A stretch of DNA of 64,000 bases, taken from Planctomycetota bacterium. Its GTDB lineage: Bacteria > Planctomycetota > GCA-002687715 > DRQF01. The position numbers were made by a program, and so were the translations under genes. The notes under the pieces were generated by a model, which was given only the letters and a program-made list of their open reading frames with translations, was not told where the DNA came from and did not search any database. Where the stretch lies: positions 1-64,000 of the forward strand of contig JAZGFI010000117.1 in NCBI GenBank assembly GCA_036479435.1. The letters run 5' to 3'. This document shows, piece by piece, positions 9,698 to 19,117 of the stretch (positions are counted from its first letter, which is position 1; each line of letters starts with the position of its first letter).

Positions 9698-10662
9698 ACG
9701 GAAAGGCTCCAGCCCCATTGGTGTGGGGAAAGCTTCCAGAAGACCCTCGGGGAGGCTATGGCTTCCTAAACGAGCCTGAACACGAGCCGGCTACCGAAAA
9801 CCTCAAGACTTGGGTCCAAGACCATCTCTTCGGTGCGCTCGCTTGGCGCGAGACTTCGACCAAAGCACACGAGCCGGCTTTCGCCTACTGTCGCAACCCA
9901 GAGATTGACTTCTTGGCGCGGATTTGCGACGAGGGGACCACTCGCGGCCGCAGCCACGCCATGCGTATTGAAGCGGTATTAGTCGCCAATTCTGAATCAT
10001 CAAGAGAGCCCTTTGAGTGGGCCAAGCTCGATGCGCTTTGGAGCGAAACTCTTCAAGAAGGCAACTCTGTCGTGCCGACGAGTTTGAGCCAAACGAGCGC
10101 AATCGGCCCAACGCTTTTGTTCTCAAGAGCCGATCGTTCTTTGCGAGTGGCGAAGGACAGCTCAATTCGTTGGGCAGAATCGGCGCGCCAAAGAGAAGTT
10201 CAGCGCGAAGAACCGGCGCTCCCAAAGTCTCCCAATGCCTCGCGCCCAGTCATGCCTGCGCCGCCGCCTCAACCGCCAAGAGAGAGTTCGAAAATGGAAC
10301 GCAGGGTCCTCGTTGCACTGGGGATTGTCACGTTGATCCTGGCCATTGTCGCATGGAGTCAGTCCGATCAGATTGACTCAATCCAATCCGAAAATAAGCG
10401 CCTTCTGAATCGAGTTGACGAGTTAGGAAAGAGCAATCAGCTCCTCAAGGTACGGAGTTTTGACTCGGTCCAGGCCCGCATGAGTGCTGAGGATCGACTG
10501 GCGGAGGAACAGTTGCTTTTGGAGAATGTCGAGGGGCGCGCAAGAATCAGTGAGCAGTCAAATCGAGACATCGAAGAGAAGCTAAGACGTGTTCGCAACG
10601 CTCTGACCTCACCCGAAACGGTGTCAAGATCTCGTCTGCTAGAGATAGTCAACTCAAAGTAG
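9691..10662 (+). CDS. GTPase-associated protein: TagF/GAP1-like N-terminus, Pro-rich linker, TM, coiled coil
   Basis: VWGKLP start motif, PAPPPQPP linker, VLVALGIVTLILAIVAW TM, heptad-rich tail; overlaps the GTPase stop. Confidence 0.55.
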   Translation: MVNGKAPAPLVWGKLPEDPRGGYGFLNEPEHEPATENLKTWVQDHLFGALAWRETSTKAHEPAFAYCRNPEIDFLARICDEGTTRGRSHAMRIEAVLVANSESSREPFEWAKLDALWSETLQEGNSVVPTSLSQTSAIGPTLLFSRADRSLRVAKDSSIRWAESARQREVQREEPALPKSPNASRPVMPAPPPQPPRESSKMERRVLVALGIVTLILAIVAWSQSDQIDSIQSENKRLLNRVDELGKSNQLLKVRSFDSVQARMSAEDRLAEEQLLLENVEGRARISEQSNRDIEEKLRRVRNALTSPETVSRSRLLEIVNSK

Positions 10663-10745
10663 TGGTTCCATCTGAACCGGTCTCTAGACGGCGGTTGAGA
10701 CCTTCGGAAAGTGGATTGACCGGGTGTTTGCGTTCATTCGTCTTC

Positions 10746-10810
10746 TCACGGATTGATGATGAGAGTTCCGGTTCCCTCGAAATCATACAGGTGCCGAGCA
10801 AGACTCTCAC
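10746..10810 (-). pseudogene. vapC (PIN toxin) remnant with internal deletion
   Basis: GTG overlapping the antitoxin stop gives VRVLLGTCMIS; the adjacent frame gives DFEGTGTLIINP*, resembling VapC N- and C-termini joined directly. Confidence 0.7.
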
Positions 10811-11046
10811 AGCTCAAGATCCCGCGCTGGGCCCTTATTACGTTCAAGGTCAAGTTCGCTCCAATCTGGGCCGTTCATCAAGAACTCGACTAGGCTCGGC
10901 TTTGCGCCCGTGAGCCTTTGATATTCCTCTTCGGACAGAACATAGACCGCGTCGTTGCGGCGCTCGATTCGTTGAGGTCCCTCTTGCATGGCAAGCCGGA
11001 CGACTTCACTGAATTTGTTTTTGGCTTCGGAAAACTCCCAGATCAC
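10807..11046 (-). CDS. Phd/YefM-family antitoxin
   Basis: WEFSEAKNKFSEVV...EGPQRIERR...VLSEEEYQRL; GGAGG RBS before GTG 11046. Confidence 0.88.
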   Translation of the reverse strand: MIWEFSEAKNKFSEVVRLAMQEGPQRIERRNDAVYVLSEEEYQRLTGAKPSLVEFLMNGPDWSELDLERNKGPARDLEL

Positions 11047-11162
11047 GAGCTTACCCTCCAGACAAAACCTAACTGATCTATGTCTTTGGCGGCTGTGTTG
11101 AGCTGAATTCTGAGCTCTTTTGCTAGGTGAGGCCAACAGGTCATGGAAGTTGGTCAGAAATG

Positions 11163-11192
11163 AAAACGGCCGACTCGGGGTGGAGTCGGCCG
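11163..11192 (-). terminator. Intrinsic terminator after the SRPBCC gene
   Basis: cggccgactc/gagtcggccg stem followed by TTTT on the minus strand. Confidence 0.7.
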
Positions 11193-11226
11193 CTGCTTTG
11201 GGTGGGCTGTTGGAAGATTGGGCTGC

Positions 11227-11769
11227 TTAGTTGGCTTTGGTTTCGGCTTTGGCTTTGAGGTTTTGGAGGCCTTTGTCGTAGATGGTGGTGACGAGGCCGG
11301 GGACGACGGCGGCCATGATGCCGCCGAGGAAGCCCTTCATTTCGCCCTTCATGGTCCAGGTGACTTTGGTGCCGTCGCCGTCGGGGCTGTAGATCATTTC
11401 ACACTTGGCGGGTTGGGGGTCGTCGCTGCCGGGGGAGGTGATGGCCATGTCGTAGGCGAGGCCGGTTTTGGGATCGCTTTTGGTGAAGGTGAGGCTGCCG
11501 GAGCCTTGGTCGCTGGTCCAGGTTTGGGAGGCGCCGACGCCGACGGTTTTGGCGCCGAGCGTGACCTTGACGCCGGGGTCAGCTTCTTCGAAAGGCGTCC
11601 ACTCGTCCCACTTTTTGAGGTCGCCGACGTAGGCGTGGATGGCTTCGGGTTTGGCGTTGATCGTGATGGAGGACTCGACCGAGTAGTCCTTGTCGAGCAT
11701 GAGGGCGGCGCCGACGAGGAGGGCTACGAAGAGGACTAAGAGGATGAGGAGGATCTTTAGGATCTTCAT
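11227..11769 (-). CDS. SRPBCC (polyketide cyclase-like) family protein with N-terminal anchor
   Basis: YSVESSITINAKPEAIHAYVGDLKKWDEWTPF, GTKVTWTM, YDKGLQNLK. Confidence 0.85.
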   Translation of the reverse strand: MKILKILLILLVLFVALLVGAALMLDKDYSVESSITINAKPEAIHAYVGDLKKWDEWTPFEEADPGVKVTLGAKTVGVGASQTWTSDQGSGSLTFTKSDPKTGLAYDMAITSPGSDDPQPAKCEMIYSPDGDGTKVTWTMKGEMKGFLGGIMAAVVPGLVTTIYDKGLQNLKAKAETKAN

Positions 11770-11984
11770 GAGTGGGCGCGGGCTCCGGGATTTGTGGTTT
11801 TGCGGGAATGAGGTCGAGTACTGACGCTGGTTTTGGTCAGAGCTTTCGGACCTCGGATTTGGGTCTTTGACTGTGGTCGAGGTTAGCGAACTGGCCTGAG
11901 AGCGGAAAGGGGCGCTGGGGTCGGTGTTGTCGCCCGAATCTGGCAGAATAGGGGGTTCTTGACGCCTAAGGAGAAGCTTTGCCC

Positions 11985-13307
11985 ATGTCTGGCCCGCTGT
12001 CTGAGCACTTGAAGAATGTACTGCCCGAATCTGATCCTGAAATTGCGGCCCTGATTGGGCGCGAAAAAGATCGGCAAAACGATGGGGCGGAGCTGATCGC
12101 CTCGGAGAATTTTGTTTCGCCGGCGGTGATGCAGGCGGCCGGTTCGGTGTTGACGAATAAGTACGCCGAAGGACTTCCGGGCAAGCGCTATTACGGCGGT
12201 TGCCATGTGGTGGATGAGGTTGAAGATCTGGCGCGGGAGCGGGCGAAGAAACTCTTTTCCTGTGACTGGGTGAACGTTCAGCCGCACTCGGGGGCTTCGG
12301 CGAACTCGGCGGTCTATCTGACTTGTTTGAAGCCCGGCGAAAAGCTGCTGGGTTTGGATCTTGCGCATGGCGGACACCTGACACATGGCTCGCCCGCCAA
12401 CTTCTCCGGCATTCTGTACGAAGCCCATTTTTATGGGGTGGAAAAAGACGGCGCTGGTGCCGGTCGCATCGACATGGACAAGGTGCGTGAACGTGCTTTG
12501 AAAGTGCGGCCGAAGATGATCTCGATCGGGGCGAGCGCCTACTCGCGTGATTTTGATTATCGCGCGTTTAGAGAGATCGCGGACGAAGTGGACGCGATTT
12601 TGTGGATGGACATGGCACACACCGCGGGGCTGATTGCGGGTAAGCATCTGTCAGACCCCTTGCCGCACGCTCATATCGTGACGACCACGACGCACAAGAC
12701 TTTGCGCGGCACCCGCGGCGGGATGATCTTGATCGGGAGTGACTACGAAAACACTCTTGGCAAAGTGGCGCGCAAATCCGGGCGAGTGAAGATGATGTCC
12801 GAGCTTTTGGACTCGGCGGTTTTTCCGGGCATGCAGGGTGGACCCTTGGTGCACGGCATTGGAGGAAAGGCCGTGGCCTTTGGCGAGGCCTTGCAACCTT
12901 CGTTTGTGGACTACGGCGCGCGGGTGATTGAAAATGCCCAGGCCATGGCCGAAGCGTTGACGGAGCGCGGCTACCAACTGGTGTCAGGAGGGACCGACAA
13001 TCACCTCATGCTCGTCGATTTGTCCAACAAAGATATCAGCGGCAAAAAAGCCGAGCGGGTGCTCGGTGCCGCAGAGATTACGGTCAACAAAAACATGGTT
13101 CCCTTTGACCAACGTAGCCCGATGGTGACGAGTGGTATCCGCTTGGGCACCGCGGCGATGACGACGCGGGGCTTGGGACCGGATGAATTTAGAAGGCTCG
13201 TCGCGATGATCGACGAGGTTATCTCCAACGCCGACGACGAAGCGGTCTTTAGCCGCGTGGCCGGCGAAGTGCGCGAGCTTTGCCATGCCTTCCCGCTCTA
13301 CGCCTGA
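11985..13307 (+). CDS. glyA: Serine hydroxymethyltransferase
   Basis: [33 protein letters not shown]. Confidence 0.98.
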   Translation: MSGPLSEHLKNVLPESDPEIAALIGREKDRQNDGAELIASENFVSPAVMQAAGSVLTNKYAEGLPGKRYYGGCHVVDEVEDLARERAKKLFSCDWVNVQPHSGASANSAVYLTCLKPGEKLLGLDLAHGGHLTHGSPANFSGILYEAHFYGVEKDGAGAGRIDMDKVRERALKVRPKMISIGASAYSRDFDYRAFREIADEVDAILWMDMAHTAGLIAGKHLSDPLPHAHIVTTTTHKTLRGTRGGMILIGSDYENTLGKVARKSGRVKMMSELLDSAVFPGMQGGPLVHGIGGKAVAFGEALQPSFVDYGARVIENAQAMAEALTERGYQLVSGGTDNHLMLVDLSNKDISGKKAERVLGAAEITVNKNMVPFDQRSPMVTSGIRLGTAAMTTRGLGPDEFRRLVAMIDEVISNADDEAVFSRVAGEVRELCHAFPLYA

Positions 13308-15963
13308 AAACACGGTAGATATTGGGCGTTTTGCGGACCGCCTGGTTGCGCATCGCGTCATCCCTTCGCGCCCGGCGCGCTACGGCGAGTTTCCTAAAGA
13401 ACTCCGGCCGGAGCTGCAGGACGCCATTCAAAGTTTCGGCATTGAAAAGCTCTATTCGCACCAGTCCGAAATGGCAGAGCGCGCCCTTTTAGGCGACAAC
13501 GTGGTGATCACCACGGGGACGGCCAGTGGTAAATCACTGGGCTATCTAATTCCGATCATCCAGCGGATTTTGGAACGCCCCGAGTCGCGGGCGATCTTGC
13601 TGTTCCCGACCAAGGCTTTGGCGCAAGACCAGTTGCGCGGCGTGCTCGAGATCGTGGCGCCCTTGGGAAAGATGCGGGTGCAAGCTGGGGTCTACGATGG
13701 CGACACGCCACCGGTAGAGCGGCGGCGCATTCGTGAATCTTGCAACCTGATCCTGACCAACCCGGACATGCTGAACACCGCCTACTTGCCGAATCACGGC
13801 CGCCGGGGTTTTTCGCACCTTTTTCGCAACGTTGACTTTGTCGTAGTCGACGAGATGCACAGCTACCGCGGTGCCTTTGGCTCGCACTTTGCCAATCTCA
13901 TGCGGCGTTTTCGGCGGATCTGCCAGCACTATCATTCCAACCCGCAGTTTTTGTGCAGCTCGGCGACTATTGCGAACCCGGTGGAGTTGGCGGAGAAGCT
14001 GTTTGACCTTCCCTTTCACTTGGTGGAAGAAGACGGTTCGCCTTCGGCCGGCAAAGACGTTCACTTTTGGCAGCCGCCGATTGTGGATCATGATTTTCGG
14101 CGGGGCGTGGTCCAAGAGATGTCGGACTTTTTGCCCGAGCTGATCCATCAACGCTTGCGCACCATCGCCTTTTGCCGCTCGCGCAAAGAAACCGAAGTCG
14201 TGCTGAAGGAAACCCGCGATGCCTTGATGGATGTTGATGGGGGGCACAACGAAGCCCATCTCATCGCCGGATATCGTGCGGGTTACACCCCGGTGGAGCG
14301 ACGAGCGGTTGAGAAAAAGTTGATGGACGGCGACCTCATTGGCGTGGTGAGCACCAATGCCTTGGAATTGGGCGTCGACATTGGCGCCTTGGAAGTCGTG
14401 GTGCAGGGGGGATTCCCCGGTACCCGCGCGAGCTTTTGGCAGCAAATCGGACGCGCGGGGCGTAGGCAAAGTCGAGCTCAAGCTTTTGTGATTTTGCGCA
14501 TGACTCCGATGGATCAGTATCTGGCCTTAGACCCGGATTGGCTCATCAACAAAAGCGCTGAACACGCGGTGGTCGATCGTGACAACCTGACGATTCAGTT
14601 GGCGCACATCCGCTCGGCCGCGGCCGAACTGCCGCTGACTTTAGACGACGCGGCTTTGTTTCCAGACCTCGGTGAAACGATTCCTCTGCTGGTCGAAGCC
14701 GGCGAGTTGAACCAAAGCTACGGCACCTTTCAGTGGACGGGGAACGCCCACCCCGCGGGTGACTTCAGCCTGCGCAACGTCGATCGCGAGCGCTTTAAGA
14801 TCGTTAACCGCGAAAGCGGCGACACCTTGTCTGAGATGAACCGCATCCAGACTTTCCACGAGGCTCACTGGCGCGCGGTTTACCTTCACGATGGCATGCA
14901 GTATTTGGTCGAGGAGTTGGATTTGGTCGGGCATCAAGTCTTGGTAAGGCCGGTGGAACAAAACTTCTACACCGAACCCGATATCCGCATTGCGACCCAA
15001 GTCCTGAACACCCAAGACCAGCGCGAGCTAGGGCGGACGAAGGTTTGGTTTGGCGATGTCAAAGTCGATGACACGACCATCGGCTACAAGATGCTCCAGT
15101 TTCACAACCACCAAAACCTCGGGTACGAAAGCCTGCCGTCCAAACTCACGGTTGAGCTTGAGACCGAAGGAACCTGGATTGCCGTACCCCAAAACGTTGC
15201 TCAGGTTTTGGGCGATGAAGGTGATGACTATTTACGAGGCGTGCTGCACGGCATCGTGAGCTGCGCTCGCATGCAGACAATGGCCGAAGCCTCGGATCTG
15301 AACGCCACGAGCTTTCACTACAGCGAAGAAGAAACCGGGCGGACGCTGACGGCCTTGGTCCTCTACGATTCTCACCCCGGAGGCTTGGGGTTTGCGGCGC
15401 GGAGTTTTGATGAGATTGAGGCGATCCTTGAGGCCGCGTCGAAACTGGTGATGGGCTGTGCGTGCAAGTCGGGTTGCCCGGCCTGCGTGGGCGACTACCA
15501 CCTGGATCGTAAGCTGGTGGCTTGGGCTCTTTCCAATCTCATTGCAGAGTCGGCGCCGCCCAAAGGCCGCCGAGTGCGGCCGCAGCCGCTGCGCCAGTCG
15601 GTGATTTCTCGGCAGAGTTTCGATCAGCTCGCTTCGGTGTGGTCTGAGTTTGTCTTAGGCCTTCCGCGTGGCGGTGAGGCGGGAGTCGACTTTTTGCGCC
15701 AGATCGAGACGGTGCGCACGCACGGTGCGCGCTTGATCCTCGAAGTGCAAAGCCCGGGAGTGATCTCTTGGATACGCGATGAGGCGACGAAGAGTCGCCT
15801 TGAGAATTTGATCGCGCACTACGTGAACACGCCGGAAGGGTTTTCGATCGACGCCGAACTGCAAGAGGGAGCCGACGCCAGCGCTGATTTTCGCAGTCGT
15901 AAGCTTCGGCGGCGGCTTGAAGACCTGCACGCGGACAACGAGAGTGAAGAACTCGGTCCCTAA
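13285..15963 (+). CDS. DEAD/DEAH-box helicase with DUF1998 Zn domain (MrfA/SftH/Hrq1-like) and C-terminal extension
   Basis: [42 protein letters not shown]. Confidence 0.9.
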   Translation: MPSRSTPENTVDIGRFADRLVAHRVIPSRPARYGEFPKELRPELQDAIQSFGIEKLYSHQSEMAERALLGDNVVITTGTASGKSLGYLIPIIQRILERPESRAILLFPTKALAQDQLRGVLEIVAPLGKMRVQAGVYDGDTPPVERRRIRESCNLILTNPDMLNTAYLPNHGRRGFSHLFRNVDFVVVDEMHSYRGAFGSHFANLMRRFRRICQHYHSNPQFLCSSATIANPVELAEKLFDLPFHLVEEDGSPSAGKDVHFWQPPIVDHDFRRGVVQEMSDFLPELIHQRLRTIAFCRSRKETEVVLKETRDALMDVDGGHNEAHLIAGYRAGYTPVERRAVEKKLMDGDLIGVVSTNALELGVDIGALEVVVQGGFPGTRASFWQQIGRAGRRQSRAQAFVILRMTPMDQYLALDPDWLINKSAEHAVVDRDNLTIQLAHIRSAAAELPLTLDDAALFPDLGETIPLLVEAGELNQSYGTFQWTGNAHPAGDFSLRNVDRERFKIVNRESGDTLSEMNRIQTFHEAHWRAVYLHDGMQYLVEELDLVGHQVLVRPVEQNFYTEPDIRIATQVLNTQDQRELGRTKVWFGDVKVDDTTIGYKMLQFHNHQNLGYESLPSKLTVELETEGTWIAVPQNVAQVLGDEGDDYLRGVLHGIVSCARMQTMAEASDLNATSFHYSEEETGRTLTALVLYDSHPGGLGFAARSFDEIEAILEAASKLVMGCACKSGCPACVGDYHLDRKLVAWALSNLIAESAPPKGRRVRPQPLRQSVISRQSFDQLASVWSEFVLGLPRGGEAGVDFLRQIETVRTHGARLILEVQSPGVISWIRDEATKSRLENLIAHYVNTPEGFSIDAELQEGADASADFRSRKLRRRLEDLHADNESEELGP

Positions 15964-16040
15964 CCGGGCCAAGAGACCCGGTTCCTAACCGGGATCGAGG
16001 GGCTCGGTCCTTTTAGCCGGGGCCGAAGAGTTTGGTCCCT
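15946..16040 (+). repeat. Four degenerate ~25-28-bp tandem direct repeats
   Basis: gaagaactcggtccctaaccgggcc / aagagacccggttcctaaccgggat / cgaggggctcggtccttttagccggggcc / gaagagtttggtccct. Confidence 0.7.
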
Positions 16041-16064
16041 GTCACATCAGAAAGGTCGGAGCCG

Positions 16065-18476
16065 ATGGGGTTCGAGGAGCTCGCCGCTCAACTACGAGCC
16101 GCGCGCAGAAAAAAGCGAGACCGGCCAGCCGAGTCCTCTCATGCAGCCGTTTTTTCAGAATCGGTCGTGGCCGAGGCTAAGGCCACGATGCCCGAGCCTC
16201 GCAAGGCCGAAGCGTCGCCGCGCGAGCTGTTCGTCCCGAAGGCAAGTTCGCTTCAGCTCGAAATAAATCCCGAAGACCTAAAGCGCCTAGCTGAGCTCGA
16301 ACTTTCGCATCCCAAGTTGGCGCAGCGCCTAAAGGGCCTCAACCCTCAACAACTGAGGGTGGTGTTCGCCGACGATGCCGCCGCCGTCGTCGAAGCCCAG
16401 GTCGGCAGTGGCAAAACCACGGTCTTGATCGAAAAGATCCTCTACTTACACCTCGCTCTGTCGGTGCCGCTCGCAGTGATAACGGTGATGACGTTCACCA
16501 ACAAAGCTGCGCGCGAATTGCAGACGCGCTTGGCGGAAGCGCTGCCCGGGGTTGATATCACCGCCTGCAAGATCAGCACTTTTCACGGCATGGCACGGCG
16601 GCTCCTAAGTTTCGAATTGGATTTGACTTCAACCGGCTATCGCCCCAGTTTTACGATCCTGACACCGGGCCCGCGGCGAGCGATGCTGAACGATCTTGCG
16701 AAACGCGATGGCATGCGGATTTGCTATCAACAAAAAATCGATCGACGCTTAGAGGCGTATCGTAATGGCCGTGATCTTTACGGCAACATGAAGAAACCGG
16801 ATGACATCGGAAAACTTCGGGAGTGTTTTGTCGCCGAAAAGATCCGGCAAAACGTCATGGACTTCGATGACCTCATCGAGCAATCGTTGAAGGTGATGCC
16901 CAGCCTCGCCGCCGAGGCCCGCCCCGCGTGGATCATCGTGGATGAGTACCAAGACAGCGACCCCCGCCAGATCGAATTCGTTCGCGCGCTGGCCGCCGAT
17001 CACAGCAAGATCTTAGCGGTGGGCGACCCTCGGCAAGTGATCTATTCCTGGCGGGGTTCTCGAGCGGCCGTGTTTGATGAGTTTCGCCAGCGCTTCGATG
17101 CGGTCACCTACGATCTTTCGCTCAACTACCGCTCGCGGGCTACGATCTTAGAAGCGGCGTCTTGCGTTTTGGGACGACAAGCGGGGCGCATTCAACCGAC
17201 GCGCGAAGGCGGAGATCCCATCGTCGTTCGCCGGCACCACGATGCTTTTCAAGAGGGTCTTTACCTCGCGAAACGGATTGAGGAATTGCGCGAAGCCGAA
17301 GGCATTGACTTCGATGAGATCGCCATCTTGGTACGGACCAAAGATCAGGTCAGAGCCATCGTTGAGTCCTTGGAAGACGCCGATATCCCATTGAGATTTT
17401 CTGGCACGATGTCCACGGCCGAACGACCCGCCCTTGGCTACGCATTGAGCCTTTTGCGCTGCGCTTCGAATGCTCGTGACTTCCCCGGTTTTATCGAGGT
17501 CCTTCTCGATCCTAAATTCGGGGTGTTGGCTGACGATGATCAGGTCGACAGGTCGCGACTCAAGCAATTGGCCATCAGCTCTGAGCGGGCGACGGAAAGT
17601 TCGGCAGAGCGCATCTTGGCCTTGACCGACGAAATCCCGCAGCCGGCCGCCGCCGCGGTGGCGAAAGCCTTGGCGGAAGCGGTTTGGTCATTGATTGACG
17701 ACCTGAACGACGAAAAGCAGGCTTTGGACGTCGATGCCCTTTTTTCCAGATTTGGTTTTCAGCACGGACTCAAGCCGAGGTCCTCGGCTTACCCCGAGTC
17801 TTGTCGCATCGTTCGAGAAGTCTTGAGGCGGCTTGTCGAGGCCTTGGGTGGTGATCGCGATTCGAAAGTTGGGCTGAGCGATTTCGTGGCGATGGCCGCG
17901 ATGGGTTCTTTTGCCGACGATGCTGGGTTCGCTGAACAAGGCCGCGATGAGTCCGGCGTGAGCGTCATGACACTGCATGCCGCGAAGGGCTTGGAGTTTG
18001 ACTACGTGTTCATGAGTGGCCTAAACCGAGGGATGATGCCCCTGGCGGCGGCGCGGACGCCGGCCCAACAAGAAGAAGAGCAGCGCCTGTTGTTTGTGGG
18101 GCTTACGCGTGCGCGCGAACAAGTTGAGCTTTCTTGGCTCACGAACCCTCCGGGGTTTTCAGGAATCGGCGAGCCAAGTCCTTATCTCAGCCGTATCCCC
18201 AAAAGGCTTTTGGATCGCCAAGACTTAGGCACTGCGGTCGCTGAGGCGCTGACACCGCACCTTGAGTCGAAGTCGATTAGGTCTCAGGCTGAAGTTGAGC
18301 CGCCGAAAGGACAGCCCTGGCGCGTGGGCCTCGCCGTGACGCATCCCCAGTACGGGCCGGGGGTCATCACAAAGTACGAAGATAGCGACGTCGACTGCCT
18401 TTTTGATAAGTTCGGTAGTAAGCGCTTCAACATCCATTTTTGCTCCTTGGTGGTGCAAAAGGAACAAGGTGAATGA
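16065..18476 (+). CDS. UvrD/PcrA-like SF1 helicase
   Basis: AQVGSGKTT, TFTNKAA, VDEYQD, VGDPRQVIY, NYRS, TLHAAKGLEF, LFVGLTRA, Tudor-like C-terminus (VTHPQYGPG). Confidence 0.92.
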   Translation: MGFEELAAQLRAARRKKRDRPAESSHAAVFSESVVAEAKATMPEPRKAEASPRELFVPKASSLQLEINPEDLKRLAELELSHPKLAQRLKGLNPQQLRVVFADDAAAVVEAQVGSGKTTVLIEKILYLHLALSVPLAVITVMTFTNKAARELQTRLAEALPGVDITACKISTFHGMARRLLSFELDLTSTGYRPSFTILTPGPRRAMLNDLAKRDGMRICYQQKIDRRLEAYRNGRDLYGNMKKPDDIGKLRECFVAEKIRQNVMDFDDLIEQSLKVMPSLAAEARPAWIIVDEYQDSDPRQIEFVRALAADHSKILAVGDPRQVIYSWRGSRAAVFDEFRQRFDAVTYDLSLNYRSRATILEAASCVLGRQAGRIQPTREGGDPIVVRRHHDAFQEGLYLAKRIEELREAEGIDFDEIAILVRTKDQVRAIVESLEDADIPLRFSGTMSTAERPALGYALSLLRCASNARDFPGFIEVLLDPKFGVLADDDQVDRSRLKQLAISSERATESSAERILALTDEIPQPAAAAVAKALAEAVWSLIDDLNDEKQALDVDALFSRFGFQHGLKPRSSAYPESCRIVREVLRRLVEALGGDRDSKVGLSDFVAMAAMGSFADDAGFAEQGRDESGVSVMTLHAAKGLEFDYVFMSGLNRGMMPLAAARTPAQQEEEQRLLFVGLTRAREQVELSWLTNPPGFSGIGEPSPYLSRIPKRLLDRQDLGTAVAEALTPHLESKSIRSQAEVEPPKGQPWRVGLAVTHPQYGPGVITKYEDSDVDCLFDKFGSKRFNIHFCSLVVQKEQGE

Positions 18477-18904
18477 GACCGAAACTTCCCGACAACTTGC
18501 GTCGAACGGCCACGCTTGAGGTTTGGGTAACCCCGTCCGAGCTGGAGGAGTTTCGTCACCTTGCGGTGCAGCGCGGTTTTCGGCGACGGGTCCCTGGATC
18601 GGAGCCTGCGGTTTATCGCGGGGATTTGTCGCGTTTGGTTCAGGTCTTGTTGCAAGAAGCCGCGGCGGACCAAAAAACCTGGCGACGTCTTTTGCCGCGT
18701 TTACAAGCGAACATGACGCCGACGTCGAAGTCGCGGCGGGGTGATCTGGTGAAATTCCAAATGAGGGTGAGGGAGGTTTGGCTGCTGCGCATTCGCAAGC
18801 TGGCCGAAGAATCCGGGCATTGCCATGGCGGGCGCGGGAATGTGTCGGCCTTTGTGCGCAGCCTGCTCCAGTTGCAACGGCGCGATGCCGCACAGCGCGG
18901 ATAG
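18473..18904 (+). CDS. Small basic protein with two ribbon-helix-helix-like repeats
   Basis: LEVWVTPSELEEFRHLA...GDLSRLVQVLL repeated as FQMRVREVWLLRIRKLA...GNVSAFVRSLL; ATGA overlap with the helicase stop. Confidence 0.55.
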   Translation: MRPKLPDNLRRTATLEVWVTPSELEEFRHLAVQRGFRRRVPGSEPAVYRGDLSRLVQVLLQEAAADQKTWRRLLPRLQANMTPTSKSRRGDLVKFQMRVREVWLLRIRKLAEESGHCHGGRGNVSAFVRSLLQLQRRDAAQRG

Positions 18905-19117
18905 TCCTTAGCGGTCACAAGCCCCGTCATTCCAGAGCTTTCCGGTAAATCGTTCGAAAAGATGTCGCTGACAAAGTCGAGAATTCTTGACCCTCAAGAT
19001 TCAGTTGGCAAGGTCAGACTATCACCTTCTTGCGCCAGTTAGACGGACGAGCCGCCCGGAACCAGCCTGGCCGGAACTGACCACACAAATACCTTTGAAT
19101 TCTTCAGGAGCCTCTTT

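Noticed and set aside
11770..12647. Long minus-strand ORFs (extension to 12384; 11883-12647)
   Set aside because: Antisense shadows of glyA; only 11227-11769 has SRPBCC features.
15946..16040. Mini CRISPR array
   Set aside because: Units are contiguous and degenerate with no unique spacers; no cas genes in the window.
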